In this document: piece by piece, positions 43,946-53,497 of the stretch
Numbering within the stretch: the stretch's first letter is position 1
How the letters are laid out: every line of letters begins with the position of its first letter
Source of the DNA: an uncultured delta proteobacterium
GTDB lineage: Bacteria > Myxococcota_A > Polyangia > Palsa-1104
Reading direction: 5' to 3'
DNA: 64,000 bases
Assembly (NCBI GenBank): GCA_963785725.1
Contig: CAWAWS010000047.1
Coordinates: 96,001-160,000, forward strand
Translations under genes and position numbers: made by a program
The notes under the pieces: generated by a model
The model's database searches: none
What the model saw: the letters and a program-made list of their open reading frames with translations, nothing else
Told to the model about the DNA's origin: nothing

Positions 43946-44024
43946 GGTTCGCGCCCAATCGTGACGCTCCGTGACATTACGGATTCGGCTATGATTCTCG
44001 GCATCTTTCGTCGATTTAGCGATT

Positions 44025-44040
44025 CGGCATGGAGCGTGCT
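44025..44040 (+). promoter_or_regulatory. Sigma54 -24/-12 promoter
   Basis: CGGCATGGAGCGTGCT (GG-N10-GC), followed by GAGGAG RBS and ATG 44075; divergent from the FHA activator. Confidence 0.62.
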
Positions 44041-44074
44041 CTAGAAGCCAACATCGCCGCCGAGGAGCCGAGAG

Positions 44075-44779
44075 ATGATTCCCCTATTTACGATTGCGCT
44101 GGCCATGATCTCGAACGTTACCGACTTGGCGCACATGTTCGTCAACGAGAAGGTTCAAGAGCAGCCGGCCGGCCTCACGTTCTACTTCGAGAACCGTCAT
44201 GAGGAAGCGACCTTTGCGCTGCTCGACGAGCAGGGCGCGGCGCAGCCGGACGTGGTGAAAGAGTTTTCGCATTTCGTTCGCTGCTGGCGAACTGGCCGCG
44301 AAAAAATGATCCACGAGCGCACGATCGAGATCGTCAGCGCCATCGCGCAGCATTTCCAGGTCGCGCGCATCGACGTGGTCAGCGGTTACCGCGCGCGTCC
44401 GTACGGCGCGCCGCACTCGAAGCACTTCCTCGGCCGCGCGATGGACATCCATGTCCCGGGCGTCAAGGCGAAGGAAGTGGCGAACTGGGTGTGGACGAAC
44501 TTCCGTCACGTCGGTGTCGGCTACTACCCGAAGCAGGAGTTCGTGCACGTCGACAGCCGCGACATGGACGTCCGTTGGGTGGACACGTCGAAGCATGGCG
44601 AGAGCGCGCACGCCAAGTACACGGGCCGCATGCCCGGCGACGAGCTGCCGGAGAGCGCGCCGCGTCTGGCGTACGACATGCCGAAGTCGACGGCGCACAA
44701 AGTCGACGGCGACATGGAATTGGCGGCGCTGCAGACGATCTTGTCGGGCACGTTCGACCCGCTCTCGAACACGAACTAA
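44075..44779 (+). CDS. Second DUF882/YcbK peptidase M15 family protein
   Basis: RCWRTG, VVSGYR, SKHFLGRAMDI, GVGYYP..FVHVD. Confidence 0.88.
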   Translation: MIPLFTIALAMISNVTDLAHMFVNEKVQEQPAGLTFYFENRHEEATFALLDEQGAAQPDVVKEFSHFVRCWRTGREKMIHERTIEIVSAIAQHFQVARIDVVSGYRARPYGAPHSKHFLGRAMDIHVPGVKAKEVANWVWTNFRHVGVGYYPKQEFVHVDSRDMDVRWVDTSKHGESAHAKYTGRMPGDELPESAPRLAYDMPKSTAHKVDGDMELAALQTILSGTFDPLSNTN

Positions 44780-44894
44780 GCGCGCCCGCTTCGCGCACCG
44801 CCCTGCCCGCTCGTCACTTCCATCTCACCGCAAGCCTCATCGCAACTAGCAACAAGCCAAACCTCGGTTGCGACCAAACGTCGCCTCATCGACA

Positions 44895-44937
44895 CGCTTC
44901 GAACCGAGTCACTGATGCGGCGACTCGGTTCGAAGCG
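44895..44937. repeat. Perfect 16-bp inverted repeat between convergent genes
   Basis: CGCTTCGAACCGAGTC-N11-GACTCGGTTCGAAGCG. Confidence 0.85.
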
Positions 44938-45093
44938 CACGTCGAAACGAGCGCGATGGCTGCGACTGCAACTGGTCCGCCGTCGATGACGACATGAGTC
45001 GACTGAGGTTCGCCTGCGCACCCTGGCGCAACGTCGCAGATGCGCGTGGATTGCGTCATTCATCGGTACTTCGGAAGTACGCGCGAGCCTGCG

Positions 45094-46593
45094 TCAGTTG
45101 GCGGGCGGGAACTGGGTCGTGCACGGGATGGCGTCGGTGACGTCGATGGGCGTGCGCGTCCACCAGGCGCCGGTCGCGCGACGCTCGCTCGCGCTCGTGA
45201 ATCGATAGTGCCAGTAGGCGATGCGCACGGCGCGTGCGTGCGACGACAGGCGTGCGCGGAAGAGCGGCTGCACGGCCGCGGGATCGCGACACAAGCGTTC
45301 GACGAGCGCGTCGACATAAGCGGGCGCGCCGGAGCGATAGCCGAGACCGTAGAACCAGAGCTGGAAATCGACGCGGGGCTGATGCGGCGCCACGAAATCG
45401 GGGCGGCGCCGCGGATCGCCGGCTTTGTGCCAGAGATCGCGCGCTTGCCAATGCTCGTCGTCGTCGGTCGTCTGGAATTCGGGCTCGATGCGCGCCGTCG
45501 TGATGTGGCCGAAGAGGTGGTACGTGTTGATGATGCGCCACGGTTCGTAGCGGCGTTGTAGCGGCGCGATGATCGCGTCGGCCCGATCGGAGCTCGCGAA
45601 GCTGACGATCGCGTCGGCGGTCGAGATCGTGACGAACGCCGCGAGCAGCGCGAGGCTGGCGTACCTGCGCAGGCGTGGATGTCGCGGCGGAGCGGCCACG
45701 GGCACTATGCGTGGCGGGCGATGCAGACGCGCGCGCAGCCAATTTCCCGCGCGCAAAATGTCGGTGTCATCGAGCAGGAAGACGTGGAGCGCGGTCGCCA
45801 AGTAGCAGAAGAAGCCGTAGTTGGCGGTGGCGGCGTTGACGAGCTGGAAGCCGGTCAAGATGGCGGCGCACGCGAGACGAACGCGCCGCGCGCCCACGAA
45901 GATGAAGAGCGGAACGCCGAGCTCGAACGCGAGCGTCGCCCAGCTCTCGAGCGCGTGCCACCACGCGGGCAGATGGTGCGCGTACCACGCGAGCGCGGTC
46001 GGCAGCGGCGCGGTCTCGAAGTAGTGCGTCATGGCCGTGCCGTCTTGCCAATCGTGAAGGTGCGACTGCCATTTGGCGACGCCCGATTCCCAGTAGAGCT
46101 TGAAGAGGATGAGGCGAAAGAGCGTGTGAATGATCGGCGCCGAACGATCGCGCGACAAGAAGATGGCGAAGAAGCCGCATTCGAGGAGCAGTGAATCCCA
46201 TTGGAAGCTGCAGAACGTGCGCGCGGCGGTGACGAAGCTGAGATAGAGCGCGACTTGAACGGCGGCGATCGTGCGCGGCATGCGACCGGCGAGCGCGACG
46301 AGCGACAGGACCACGCCGAGGATGACGCCGAGCGTGAGCGTGGTGTCGCTCGCGTTGATCCACATTAATGTCGGGAAGTCGCCGAGCGAGAGCTGGCTGC
46401 GCGCGTGCTCGAGGAAGGGCGCGATCGGCAAGAGACCGCGCGCCCCGATGAGCACGTGGACTTGGGCGCCGAGTGACAGCCAGGCGTCGAGGAAGACGAG
46501 CGCGAGCAGGCGATGGAACAGGCGCGCGACCAGCGGGCCGCTGTGATCGCGGGGACGGAGCGCGTCGAACACACGCGACATGCGGGAGATCAT
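45094..46593 (-). CDS. Lipase maturation factor family membrane protein
   Basis: GARGLLP, FQWDSLLLECGF, SGVAKW, HYFETAPLP, TANYGFF, PHQPRVDFQLWF; only the C-terminal part of track ORF 45094..47397. Confidence 0.9.
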   Translation of the reverse strand: MISRMSRVFDALRPRDHSGPLVARLFHRLLALVFLDAWLSLGAQVHVLIGARGLLPIAPFLEHARSQLSLGDFPTLMWINASDTTLTLGVILGVVLSLVALAGRMPRTIAAVQVALYLSFVTAARTFCSFQWDSLLLECGFFAIFLSRDRSAPIIHTLFRLILFKLYWESGVAKWQSHLHDWQDGTAMTHYFETAPLPTALAWYAHHLPAWWHALESWATLAFELGVPLFIFVGARRVRLACAAILTGFQLVNAATANYGFFCYLATALHVFLLDDTDILRAGNWLRARLHRPPRIVPVAAPPRHPRLRRYASLALLAAFVTISTADAIVSFASSDRADAIIAPLQRRYEPWRIINTYHLFGHITTARIEPEFQTTDDDEHWQARDLWHKAGDPRRRPDFVAPHQPRVDFQLWFYGLGYRSGAPAYVDALVERLCRDPAAVQPLFRARLSSHARAVRIAYWHYRFTSASERRATGAWWTRTPIDVTDAIPCTTQFPPAN

Positions 46594-47397
46594 AAGCCGA
46601 TGAGGGCGCGGGCGTCGTCGAAGATGGCGTCGAACATGGGCTCGGTCAGGCGGCCGGTGAACGTGTTCTGCTGGCTCGGGTGGTACGAGCCGATGAGCGT
46701 GTAGTCGCCGACGGAGGCGCGGACGCCGTGGCCGAAACGCGCGCGGCCGGCGGCGTTCGGATTGTGGACGGCGATGGCGCGGAGGACGGCGTCCCAGGCG
46801 AAGGCGCCGAGACAGACGATGACGCGGGCGCGCGGGAAGAGGGCCAGATCGTCGACGAGATACGGCAGGCAGGCGTCGCGTTCGCCCGGGGTCGGCTTGT
46901 TGTCGGGCGGCGCGCAGCGGACAGCGAGCGTGATGTAGCAGTCGTGCAGGACGAGGCCGTCGTCGCGGGCGGTGGAGGTCGGTTGGTTGGCGAAGCCGGC
47001 GCGGTGGAGGGCGCGATAGAGCCATTCGCCCGAGCGATCGCCGGTGAAGGCGCGTCCGGTGCGGTTGGCGCCGTGCGCGCCGGGCGCGAGCCCGACGACG
47101 AGCAGACGCGCGCCGGGGTCGCCGAAACCGGGGACCGGGCGCGCCCAGTAGGTGTCGTCGGCGTAGGCGGCACGTTTGTCGCGGGCGATGGTGGCGCACC
47201 AGTCGACGAGACGGGGACAGCGGCGGCAGGCGATGATGCGCGCCTCTTGCGCTTGCAGCGACGGCGGCGTGGAGGTGACGGAAGCAGATTTCGTCGCAGC
47301 CGCGCGCTTCGTCGCTGACGCGGGCTTCGGCTGCTGACGTCATGGCGGACGCGGGCGGACGCGGCGACTTCGACGTGGGCGTGCGGCGCGGCGTCAC
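46590..47397 (-). CDS. Uracil-DNA glycosylase family 5 (UdgB-like); start ambiguous, probable +1 frameshift near 47340
   Basis: Absent from the ORF track. Open frame 47339-46590 reads CRRCPRL...YWARPVPGFGD...GLAPGAHGANRTGRAFTGDRSG...YHPSQQNTFTGRLT; its TGA overlaps the LMF ATG. Confidence 0.88.
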
Positions 47398-48035
47398 GGC
47401 TGGCGCGGCGCGCTCACCGGCGTCGGCGCCGAGCCATCGAACGTCGCCACCAGTCGCTGCAGCGCCGCCCGCGCGCCGCCGAGAATCGACTCGCCGTCCG
47501 CGAGCAGCAGCACATCGAAGTCGACCTCGGCCGCGATGCGCGTCAGCGACCGGCGCAGCTCGGCGGGCGCATCCATGACCGCGTCCGGCAGCAAGCTCAA
47601 GCGGCCCGGCGGATTGCCGACGCAGGCATCACCGACGATGAGCAGCCGCTTCTCCGGCCAGTGCAGCGCGACCTCGCCCGGCGACTTGCCGGCCGCGGCC
47701 ACGATCGTGAACGGCCCGACGCGATCGCCGGGCGCGATCGAATCGTCGACGACGACGCCTTTGTCGCGCACGAAGTCGGCGTCGGCGGCGTGAACGGAGA
47801 CGCGCGCGCCGGTGCGCTCGCGGATGCGGGCGGCGGCGCGATAGTGGTTGCGGTTGGTGAGGATGATGCGGGCGACGCCGTGCTCGACGAGCGCCGCCAA
47901 GTCGTCATCGCCGGGCTCGACCGGGTCGATGCAGACGTTGCCGTCGGGTCGACGCGCGATGAAGCCGTGAAAATCGTAGCCAAAGCGAGCCGAGAACCAA
48001 GCCCACGTGTGGATGCCGGCAAAGATTTCGCGCAT
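47394..48035 (-). CDS. MBL-fold protein with degenerate metal motif
   Basis: CIDP, ILTNRNHYR, GKSPGE, VGDA, LADG in the positions of the MBL motifs. Confidence 0.72.
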   Translation of the reverse strand: MREIFAGIHTWAWFSARFGYDFHGFIARRPDGNVCIDPVEPGDDDLAALVEHGVARIILTNRNHYRAAARIRERTGARVSVHAADADFVRDKGVVVDDSIAPGDRVGPFTIVAAAGKSPGEVALHWPEKRLLIVGDACVGNPPGRLSLLPDAVMDAPAELRRSLTRIAAEVDFDVLLLADGESILGGARAALQRLVATFDGSAPTPVSAPRQP

Positions 48036-48105
48036 GCGCTGCGGGTAACACGCGCGCGCCTTCAGATCCAGTGGCGCGGCGTCGCGGTCATGACAAGAGC
48101 GGCAG

Positions 48106-50154
48106 CTAGGGCTGAAAACCGGCCAATTTCCACAACGGCGCCGGCTCGTAGGCATGTCCGCGCGCGATGACGAGCGTGACCTTGCGCGTGTCGCGAATGT
48201 CGGCGAGCGGATTGCCGGCGACGACGATGATGTCGGCGCGCTTGCCGACGGTTACCGTGCCCAGCTCCTTGTCGCGACCGAGCAGCTTGGCCGGCACCGA
48301 CGTCGCCGACTGCAGCGCCTCCATCGGCGTCAACCCCGCTTCGACATACAGCTCGAGCTCGCGATGCAACGAATGGCCCAGGATCGCCTGATCGGTCCCG
48401 GCGACGATGGGCACGCCCCGCCGATGCGCCTCGGCGACGATCTCGAGCCACTTCTTGAAGGACTCGGCGCCTTCGGCGGCGTGCGCGGGGTCGACGCCTG
48501 GGAATTGGTCGCGCAGCACGCGCGGCTGCTTGGCGCGACCGGGCTCGCGACGATCGAGCTCGGCCGCGGGAAAGGAGCCCTCCTCGTACACCGCCAGCGT
48601 CGGATCGAACGCCACCTGACGCGCCGCCATCTTGCCGAGCACGCGCTGAATCGCCGGCGACTTCACGTCGAGACCGATGAGCAGCTGGTGGCGCTGCGCC
48701 GGCGACAGCTTGCGCAGCTCGGCGAAGGTGCGCGGATAGACCATGCTCGCCATCATCGAGACGTGGTTCACGCCGTCGAAGCCGTCGTCGACCGCCTCTT
48801 CGATCGTCAGGCCTTGCGGGATGTGGCCGGTGACGCGCAAGCCGCGACGATGCGCCTCGGCCACCAGCGCCGGCACCAGCTCCGGCTTCAGGCTGGAGTA
48901 GATCTTGAGCGCGTTGCAGCCCGCTTTGACCAGCCGATCGATGATGGGCGCGATGTCGGCGGGCGAGTTGACCCGCAACGTGCCGATGGCGTACGGGCCG
49001 TCGCTGTCGACGATGCCGTCGGAGATGATGCGCGGGCCGACGCCGCGGCCGGCCTCGACGGCGTCGCGCAGCGCCGTGATGAACTCGAGGATGTTGCCTT
49101 CGTCGCGCACCGTCGTGACGCCGGCGGCCAAGTAGACCGCGGCCTGCTCGACCTGCTCGACGTGCGCGTGCATGTCCCACAAGCCGGGCAAGATCGTCTG
49201 GCCGTGCACGTCGACGCGGCGCGCGTTGGCGGGCACGCTAGTCGTCGCGCGCGGACCGGCGGCGAGGATGCGATCGCCCTCGTACACGACGACCGCGTCT
49301 TCGATCGCCGGCGCGCCCGATCCGTCGACGAGCCGACCGCCGACGAGCGCGACCGGACCGGCTTCGGCGCGGCCGTGCGCGGCTTCGGCCAGCCACGCGA
49401 CGGCATCGGCGCCGGCACGCGCGACGAACGCTTCGACGAGCGGCGCGTAATCGTCCCGCGCGCCTTCGAAATGATCGAACTCGGCGTCACGCGTCACGAT
49501 CGCGGCCAAGTCGTGCTTGTCGTCGAGCCACAAGTCTTGCCGCCCCCACGCCAAACCTTGGACGACGACGTGCTCGAACCCAATCGAGCGACCGTCGAGC
49601 GGGTAGTTCTCGTGGCCGCGCGACTCGATCGTCGCTTCACCCGCGGGCAGGAGCGTCAGCTGTCGCGGACGACCGAGCGCGATCCAGCGCCGCAACAGCA
49701 GCTCCTCGCCGAGCAGCGGCGCGTAAGCGGCGGCGACCGCGAAGGGCGCGCTCGGCGTGACGACGCGCAGTGGCGCGCCAAGGCTGCGCACGGCGAAGCG
49801 GCCGTCACCGAGCGCGAGGACGTGGTCGTCGGTGTCGGCGAAGCGCGAGAGCGAGCCCCAAGCGTCGAAGCGGCGCGGCGTGCCGTCGCGGCCGAGGCGG
49901 AAGCTGGCCGCGAGCGGCACGTTACTGCCGCGATCGTTGAAGATGAAGCTGGCCTTGGCCTCGACGCCGCCGTCGGCGATGGGCGTGAACGTGTCGTTCT
50001 CGACGCCGATACGCTGCAGGAACTTGTAGAGGACGTAGCTCGATCGCGCGCTCGGCTGCGTGGCGCTGACGGCGAGCTCGTCGAGCGGCCGCGCGACCGG
50101 CAGCGGATGGCAAGCGGCCAGCGCCAGTGCAGCTACGACGAAACGGATTCGCAT
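48106..50154 (-). CDS. Amidohydrolase family lipoprotein
   Basis: Lipobox LAAC; PGLWDMHAH, GVTTVRD, KIY, TGH, AGTD, GKRADI...NPL. Confidence 0.9.
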   Translation of the reverse strand: MRIRFVVAALALAACHPLPVARPLDELAVSATQPSARSSYVLYKFLQRIGVENDTFTPIADGGVEAKASFIFNDRGSNVPLAASFRLGRDGTPRRFDAWGSLSRFADTDDHVLALGDGRFAVRSLGAPLRVVTPSAPFAVAAAYAPLLGEELLLRRWIALGRPRQLTLLPAGEATIESRGHENYPLDGRSIGFEHVVVQGLAWGRQDLWLDDKHDLAAIVTRDAEFDHFEGARDDYAPLVEAFVARAGADAVAWLAEAAHGRAEAGPVALVGGRLVDGSGAPAIEDAVVVYEGDRILAAGPRATTSVPANARRVDVHGQTILPGLWDMHAHVEQVEQAAVYLAAGVTTVRDEGNILEFITALRDAVEAGRGVGPRIISDGIVDSDGPYAIGTLRVNSPADIAPIIDRLVKAGCNALKIYSSLKPELVPALVAEAHRRGLRVTGHIPQGLTIEEAVDDGFDGVNHVSMMASMVYPRTFAELRKLSPAQRHQLLIGLDVKSPAIQRVLGKMAARQVAFDPTLAVYEEGSFPAAELDRREPGRAKQPRVLRDQFPGVDPAHAAEGAESFKKWLEIVAEAHRRGVPIVAGTDQAILGHSLHRELELYVEAGLTPMEALQSATSVPAKLLGRDKELGTVTVGKRADIIVVAGNPLADIRDTRKVTLVIARGHAYEPAPLWKLAGFQP

Positions 50155-50289
50155 GTTGGGCTCATACGATCTAGTGCGCCGGGCGGTCCAGCGGTTTCGC
50201 GGACGCACGAAGATTGCGCGGCTGCGCTTCGACGCGAACACAAATGACCGGCGATGGCGGTGAAATGCCGAGAGAAAACGGCGAGGCGG

Positions 50290-50976
50290 CTACTTCGGCG
50301 CTTGGCCGCGCGTGATGAGCTGCGCGCTCCACAGCTTGCTCGAGCCCCACTCGACGAGGATTTCGCCGCACACTTCGCAGTGCACCGACGGAGCCTGGCC
50401 GTTCGAGCGGGCGCTGTCGAGCACGTACAGGCTGCTGCACACGCCGCACAGGCGGTAGTTGTGCTTGCCGCAGATCTGCGCGCTGTACCAGCCGGTCGGC
50501 AGCTCGGCGCGGCGGTGCCAGTCGACGGACGCTTCGCTCGTGCAGCCGTCCTCGGTGCATTCGCGCTTTTCGCGCACGGCGACGCGATAGCCGGCGGCGA
50601 CCAGCAGCGCGTGCATCTCGTCGATGGCGGCCGCGTCCGGCCGTTCCGGCCAGACGAGCGCGCCTTCGACGCCGACGACGATGACCGAAGCCACGCCGGT
50701 CTTGGCCACGCGGCCGGCGATCGTCAAGTCGCCGAAGCGCCGCCGATCGACCTCGCCCGCGGCCGGCGCGAACAGCGCCAGCGCCCGCCGCGCCACGTCG
50801 GCGACGTGACCTTTGTCGGCATGCGCCGCGTCGATCGCGCTCAGCGTCAGCGACAAGTTGACGGCGTGTGGCCGCGGCGTCGCCGTGCGCGCGCCGATGG
50901 GCTCGATGAGCGCCGTCGCCGTCGGCTTGACCGGCACCGCCGCCACCGCGACCTTCTCTTTCGGTAAGATCGACAT
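50290..50976 (-). CDS. Hypothetical protein with Cys/His-rich zinc-binding C terminus
   Basis: CTEDGC, CGKH, CGVC, CEVC; start ATG 50976 inside track ORF 50290..51384. Confidence 0.65.
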   Translation of the reverse strand: MSILPKEKVAVAAVPVKPTATALIEPIGARTATPRPHAVNLSLTLSAIDAAHADKGHVADVARRALALFAPAAGEVDRRRFGDLTIAGRVAKTGVASVIVVGVEGALVWPERPDAAAIDEMHALLVAAGYRVAVREKRECTEDGCTSEASVDWHRRAELPTGWYSAQICGKHNYRLCGVCSSLYVLDSARSNGQAPSVHCEVCGEILVEWGSSKLWSAQLITRGQAPK

Positions 50977-50981
50977 CGGGC

Positions 50982-51377
50982 TCAGCGACGCAACGCGGCC
51001 AAGTCTTGCCGCATGTGCGTCGCCGAGGAGAACTGCTGGAAGGTGAGGCCGCGCTGCTTCTTCCGCGCGTCGGCGAAGCTCACCCACGACGCCGCCGGAT
51101 GCGTCGCGCCCGCGTGGCCCTGCACCGTCCAGGTCACGCCCCAATAGCTGCGCTCTTCGTCGAGATGACCGACGACGACCGACGGCCGTCCTGGCTGCGG
51201 CTTGGCCGGCGCGTAGACGCGATGGAACTCGTAGCTGCCCTGCCCGCTGCCGTCGGAGAACGTCCAGGCGGGCTGCGATTCGTAGCCGGGCGGCAGCTCG
51301 GGCGCGCAAGCGGCCAACGCCGTCCCGCGCGTGTGTGCGGTCGTGAGCTCTCGATTCTCGGTCGTCGTGCGATCCAT
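50982..51377 (-). CDS. Hypothetical protein
   Basis: 131 aa, aromatic beta-rich, stop 5 nt before the zinc-finger gene start. Confidence 0.6.
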   Translation of the reverse strand: MDRTTTENRELTTAHTRGTALAACAPELPPGYESQPAWTFSDGSGQGSYEFHRVYAPAKPQPGRPSVVVGHLDEERSYWGVTWTVQGHAGATHPAASWVSFADARKKQRGLTFQQFSSATHMRQDLAALRR

Positions 51378-51424
51378 TGAACACTTCCGATCTAAAGATG
51401 TTGCGAGGTCGAACTAAAACACGC

Positions 51425-51454
51425 TGATATCAATATATTTATATCAACTTATTG
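51425..51454. promoter_or_regulatory. AT-rich element with an IHF-consensus site and an inverted repeat
   Basis: TATCAACTTATTG (51442-51454) matches WATCAANNNNTTR; near-match TATCAATATATTT (51428-51440); TGATAT-N10-ATATCA (51425-51446). Confidence 0.6.
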
Positions 51455-51456
51455 AC

Positions 51457-52839
51457 TCAGCTCTCCAAATGCGGGCGCAGCTGGCCGGCGACGCGCTGGC
51501 GCCGCAGCTTGCCGAGCGCCTCGGCTTCGATCTGCCGGATGCGCTCGCGGGTCAGGCCGAAGACGCCGCCGATCTCCTCCAGCGTCTGGTCGCGCGCCTG
51601 ACCGATACCGAAGCGCATGCGCAGGATGCGCGCCTCACGATCGCTCAAGCCTGCCAGCGCCGCGTGCAGGCTGTCGGCCAGGTCGGTCGCGTAGAGCGTC
51701 TCGGCCGGCGATTGCGCCTGCTCGTCCGGCAAGAAGTCGCCCAGCGTCGCCTGCTCGTCGCCGATGGGCAGCTCGAGCGACAGCGGCTCGCGCCCGAGCT
51801 CACCGACGAGCCGCACGCGCTCGAGCGACACGACGAGGTGCTGCGCCAGCTCCTCGTCCGCGGGCGGACGGCCGAGGCGACCGGTGAGCACGCGCGTCGC
51901 CCGCGCCACGCGCGTCATCTCGCTGCGCAGGTTGGCCGGCACGCGAATGGTGCGCGGCTGATCGGCGACGGCGTTGGCGACCGCGACGCGAATCCACCAT
52001 GTCGCGTAGGTCGCCAGCCGAAAGCCGCGGCGATGGTCGAACTTGTCGATCGCCTTCATGAGGCCGATGTTGCCCTCTTGCACGAGGTCGAGCAGGTCGA
52101 GGCCGCGCTGCTGGTAACGCTTGGCGATCGACACCACCAGCCGCAAGTTGGCGCGCAGCAGAGCCGCGCGCGCCAGCTCGGCCTCATGCGCGCCGGCCCG
52201 CAGGCGTTGCAGCGTCAGCCGCAGCGCCGCCGTCGCTTCGCCGCTGACCGCCGTCGACCGCGCCTGATTCGTGCGCGCCGATTGCGCGCGGCGTGCCAGC
52301 TCGGTCGCCACCTCGTCGACGACGCGCTCCAAGATTCGCGCGCGAAACCACTGCCGCGCTAGGCGTTGCAGCATGACCGCGCGTCGCGCCGCGAGCGGCG
52401 CGCGCAACGGCGGACGCGCCGCCGGCTTGGCCGCGGCCAGCCGTGTCGTCAGCCGCTCCTGATCGACGCGGAAGTCGCGCAGCGCGGCCACCAGCTCGAC
52501 GAGCTCGAGCCGGCGGGCGCTCTCGTCGAAGTCGGCGTGGCGCGGATCGACGTCGACGAGCGCCTCCGACGTCGGCGCGCTGCCGTTCGCGGCCGCCTCG
52601 GCCACGCGCACGAGCGCCGCGAGCGCGACCGGGCTCACCAGCGCCGCCTGCAAGAGCTGCCGATCGCCCGCCTCGACGCGCTGCGCGAGCGCGATCTCGC
52701 CGTCGCGGGTCAAGAGCGGCGCGACGCTGATCTGAGCCAAGTAACGGCTCAGCGGATCGCCGCGCCCGGCGCCGCTCGGATGTGCCGAGCGCGTCGAAGC
52801 GACCGAGCCTGGCGAACGTGAGTGCGCGGCTAGCGACAT
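51457..52839 (-). CDS. RpoD-like alternative sigma-70 factor lacking region 1.1
   Basis: Region 1.2 DPLSRYL, region 2 [13 protein letters not shown]...[10 protein letters not shown]...TYATWWIR, region 4 TLEEIG...TRERIRQIE. Confidence 0.92.
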   Translation of the reverse strand: MSLAAHSRSPGSVASTRSAHPSGAGRGDPLSRYLAQISVAPLLTRDGEIALAQRVEAGDRQLLQAALVSPVALAALVRVAEAAANGSAPTSEALVDVDPRHADFDESARRLELVELVAALRDFRVDQERLTTRLAAAKPAARPPLRAPLAARRAVMLQRLARQWFRARILERVVDEVATELARRAQSARTNQARSTAVSGEATAALRLTLQRLRAGAHEAELARAALLRANLRLVVSIAKRYQQRGLDLLDLVQEGNIGLMKAIDKFDHRRGFRLATYATWWIRVAVANAVADQPRTIRVPANLRSEMTRVARATRVLTGRLGRPPADEELAQHLVVSLERVRLVGELGREPLSLELPIGDEQATLGDFLPDEQAQSPAETLYATDLADSLHAALAGLSDREARILRMRFGIGQARDQTLEEIGGVFGLTRERIRQIEAEALGKLRRQRVAGQLRPHLES

Positions 52840-52844
52840 CGACT

Positions 52845-53066
52845 TCAGTTGAGGTAGCTCTTCGGTTTAGGCCGTCCCAGCTGCACGATCTGATGCGGCT
52901 GTCGCGGCGGACGACGCGCCGGCGGCGGCGCGCGCTCGGGCGTGACGACTTCGATGGTCGACTTGCCGGCCACGGGCGCCTCTTCGCGCGGCGCCTTGGC
53001 GTCGTCGTTGGCGGGGCCGTCGCCGGTGCGCGGGCGATCGTCGGACGGATCGCGGTCGTTGCTCAT
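52845..53066 (-). CDS. Small disordered hypothetical protein upstream of the sigma gene
   Basis: GAGG RBS, ATG 53066, 73 aa, stop 5 nt before the sigma start. Confidence 0.45.
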   Translation of the reverse strand: MSNDRDPSDDRPRTGDGPANDDAKAPREEAPVAGKSTIEVVTPERAPPPARRPPRQPHQIVQLGRPKPKSYLN

Positions 53067-53497
53067 GGCGAATACCTCTCGGTTGGTGCGCGTGCGCCAC
53101 TCCGATGGAGTCGCGTCGTGCCAGAGATCGCGAAGTTGCCGAGAAGTCGTCGCGCTCGAACCTGTAGGGCGCGACGAGAAGAGGATGAACGCAGTCCTGC
53201 GTCTGCTGCCCTTCATTATCGCTCGTCGCAGCCGCAACGGCACCGATTTCGCATCGACAATCGCGCTTACCGTCGCTGGCACGCGCACCTATCGCGCCCC
53301 TTCGCCGGCGCGGCCGAGCCCGAAACGCCGCGATCGCCTTGCCCGGCGGAGGTCGCGGCCAACGCCCTGGCGAGCGGTCGACAGGCTCGCCAATTCGTTA
53401 CAGCGAATCGATTTGGATGATTTTGATTTTTATTTTCAAATTCAATTAACCCGGGTATGGTGCGCGCCAAATCCACTTCGTGAATGAGGAGAACCGG

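Noticed and set aside
45094..47397. 767-aa ORF as one LMF protein
   Set aside because: The N-terminal third is an off-frame read of the UDG gene; LMF starts at about 46593
48154..50247. 697-aa plus-strand ORF and similar long antisense ORFs (25403, 26870, 39251, 56158, 61037)
   Set aside because: Opposite to or out of frame with well-supported genes, with no recognisable motifs
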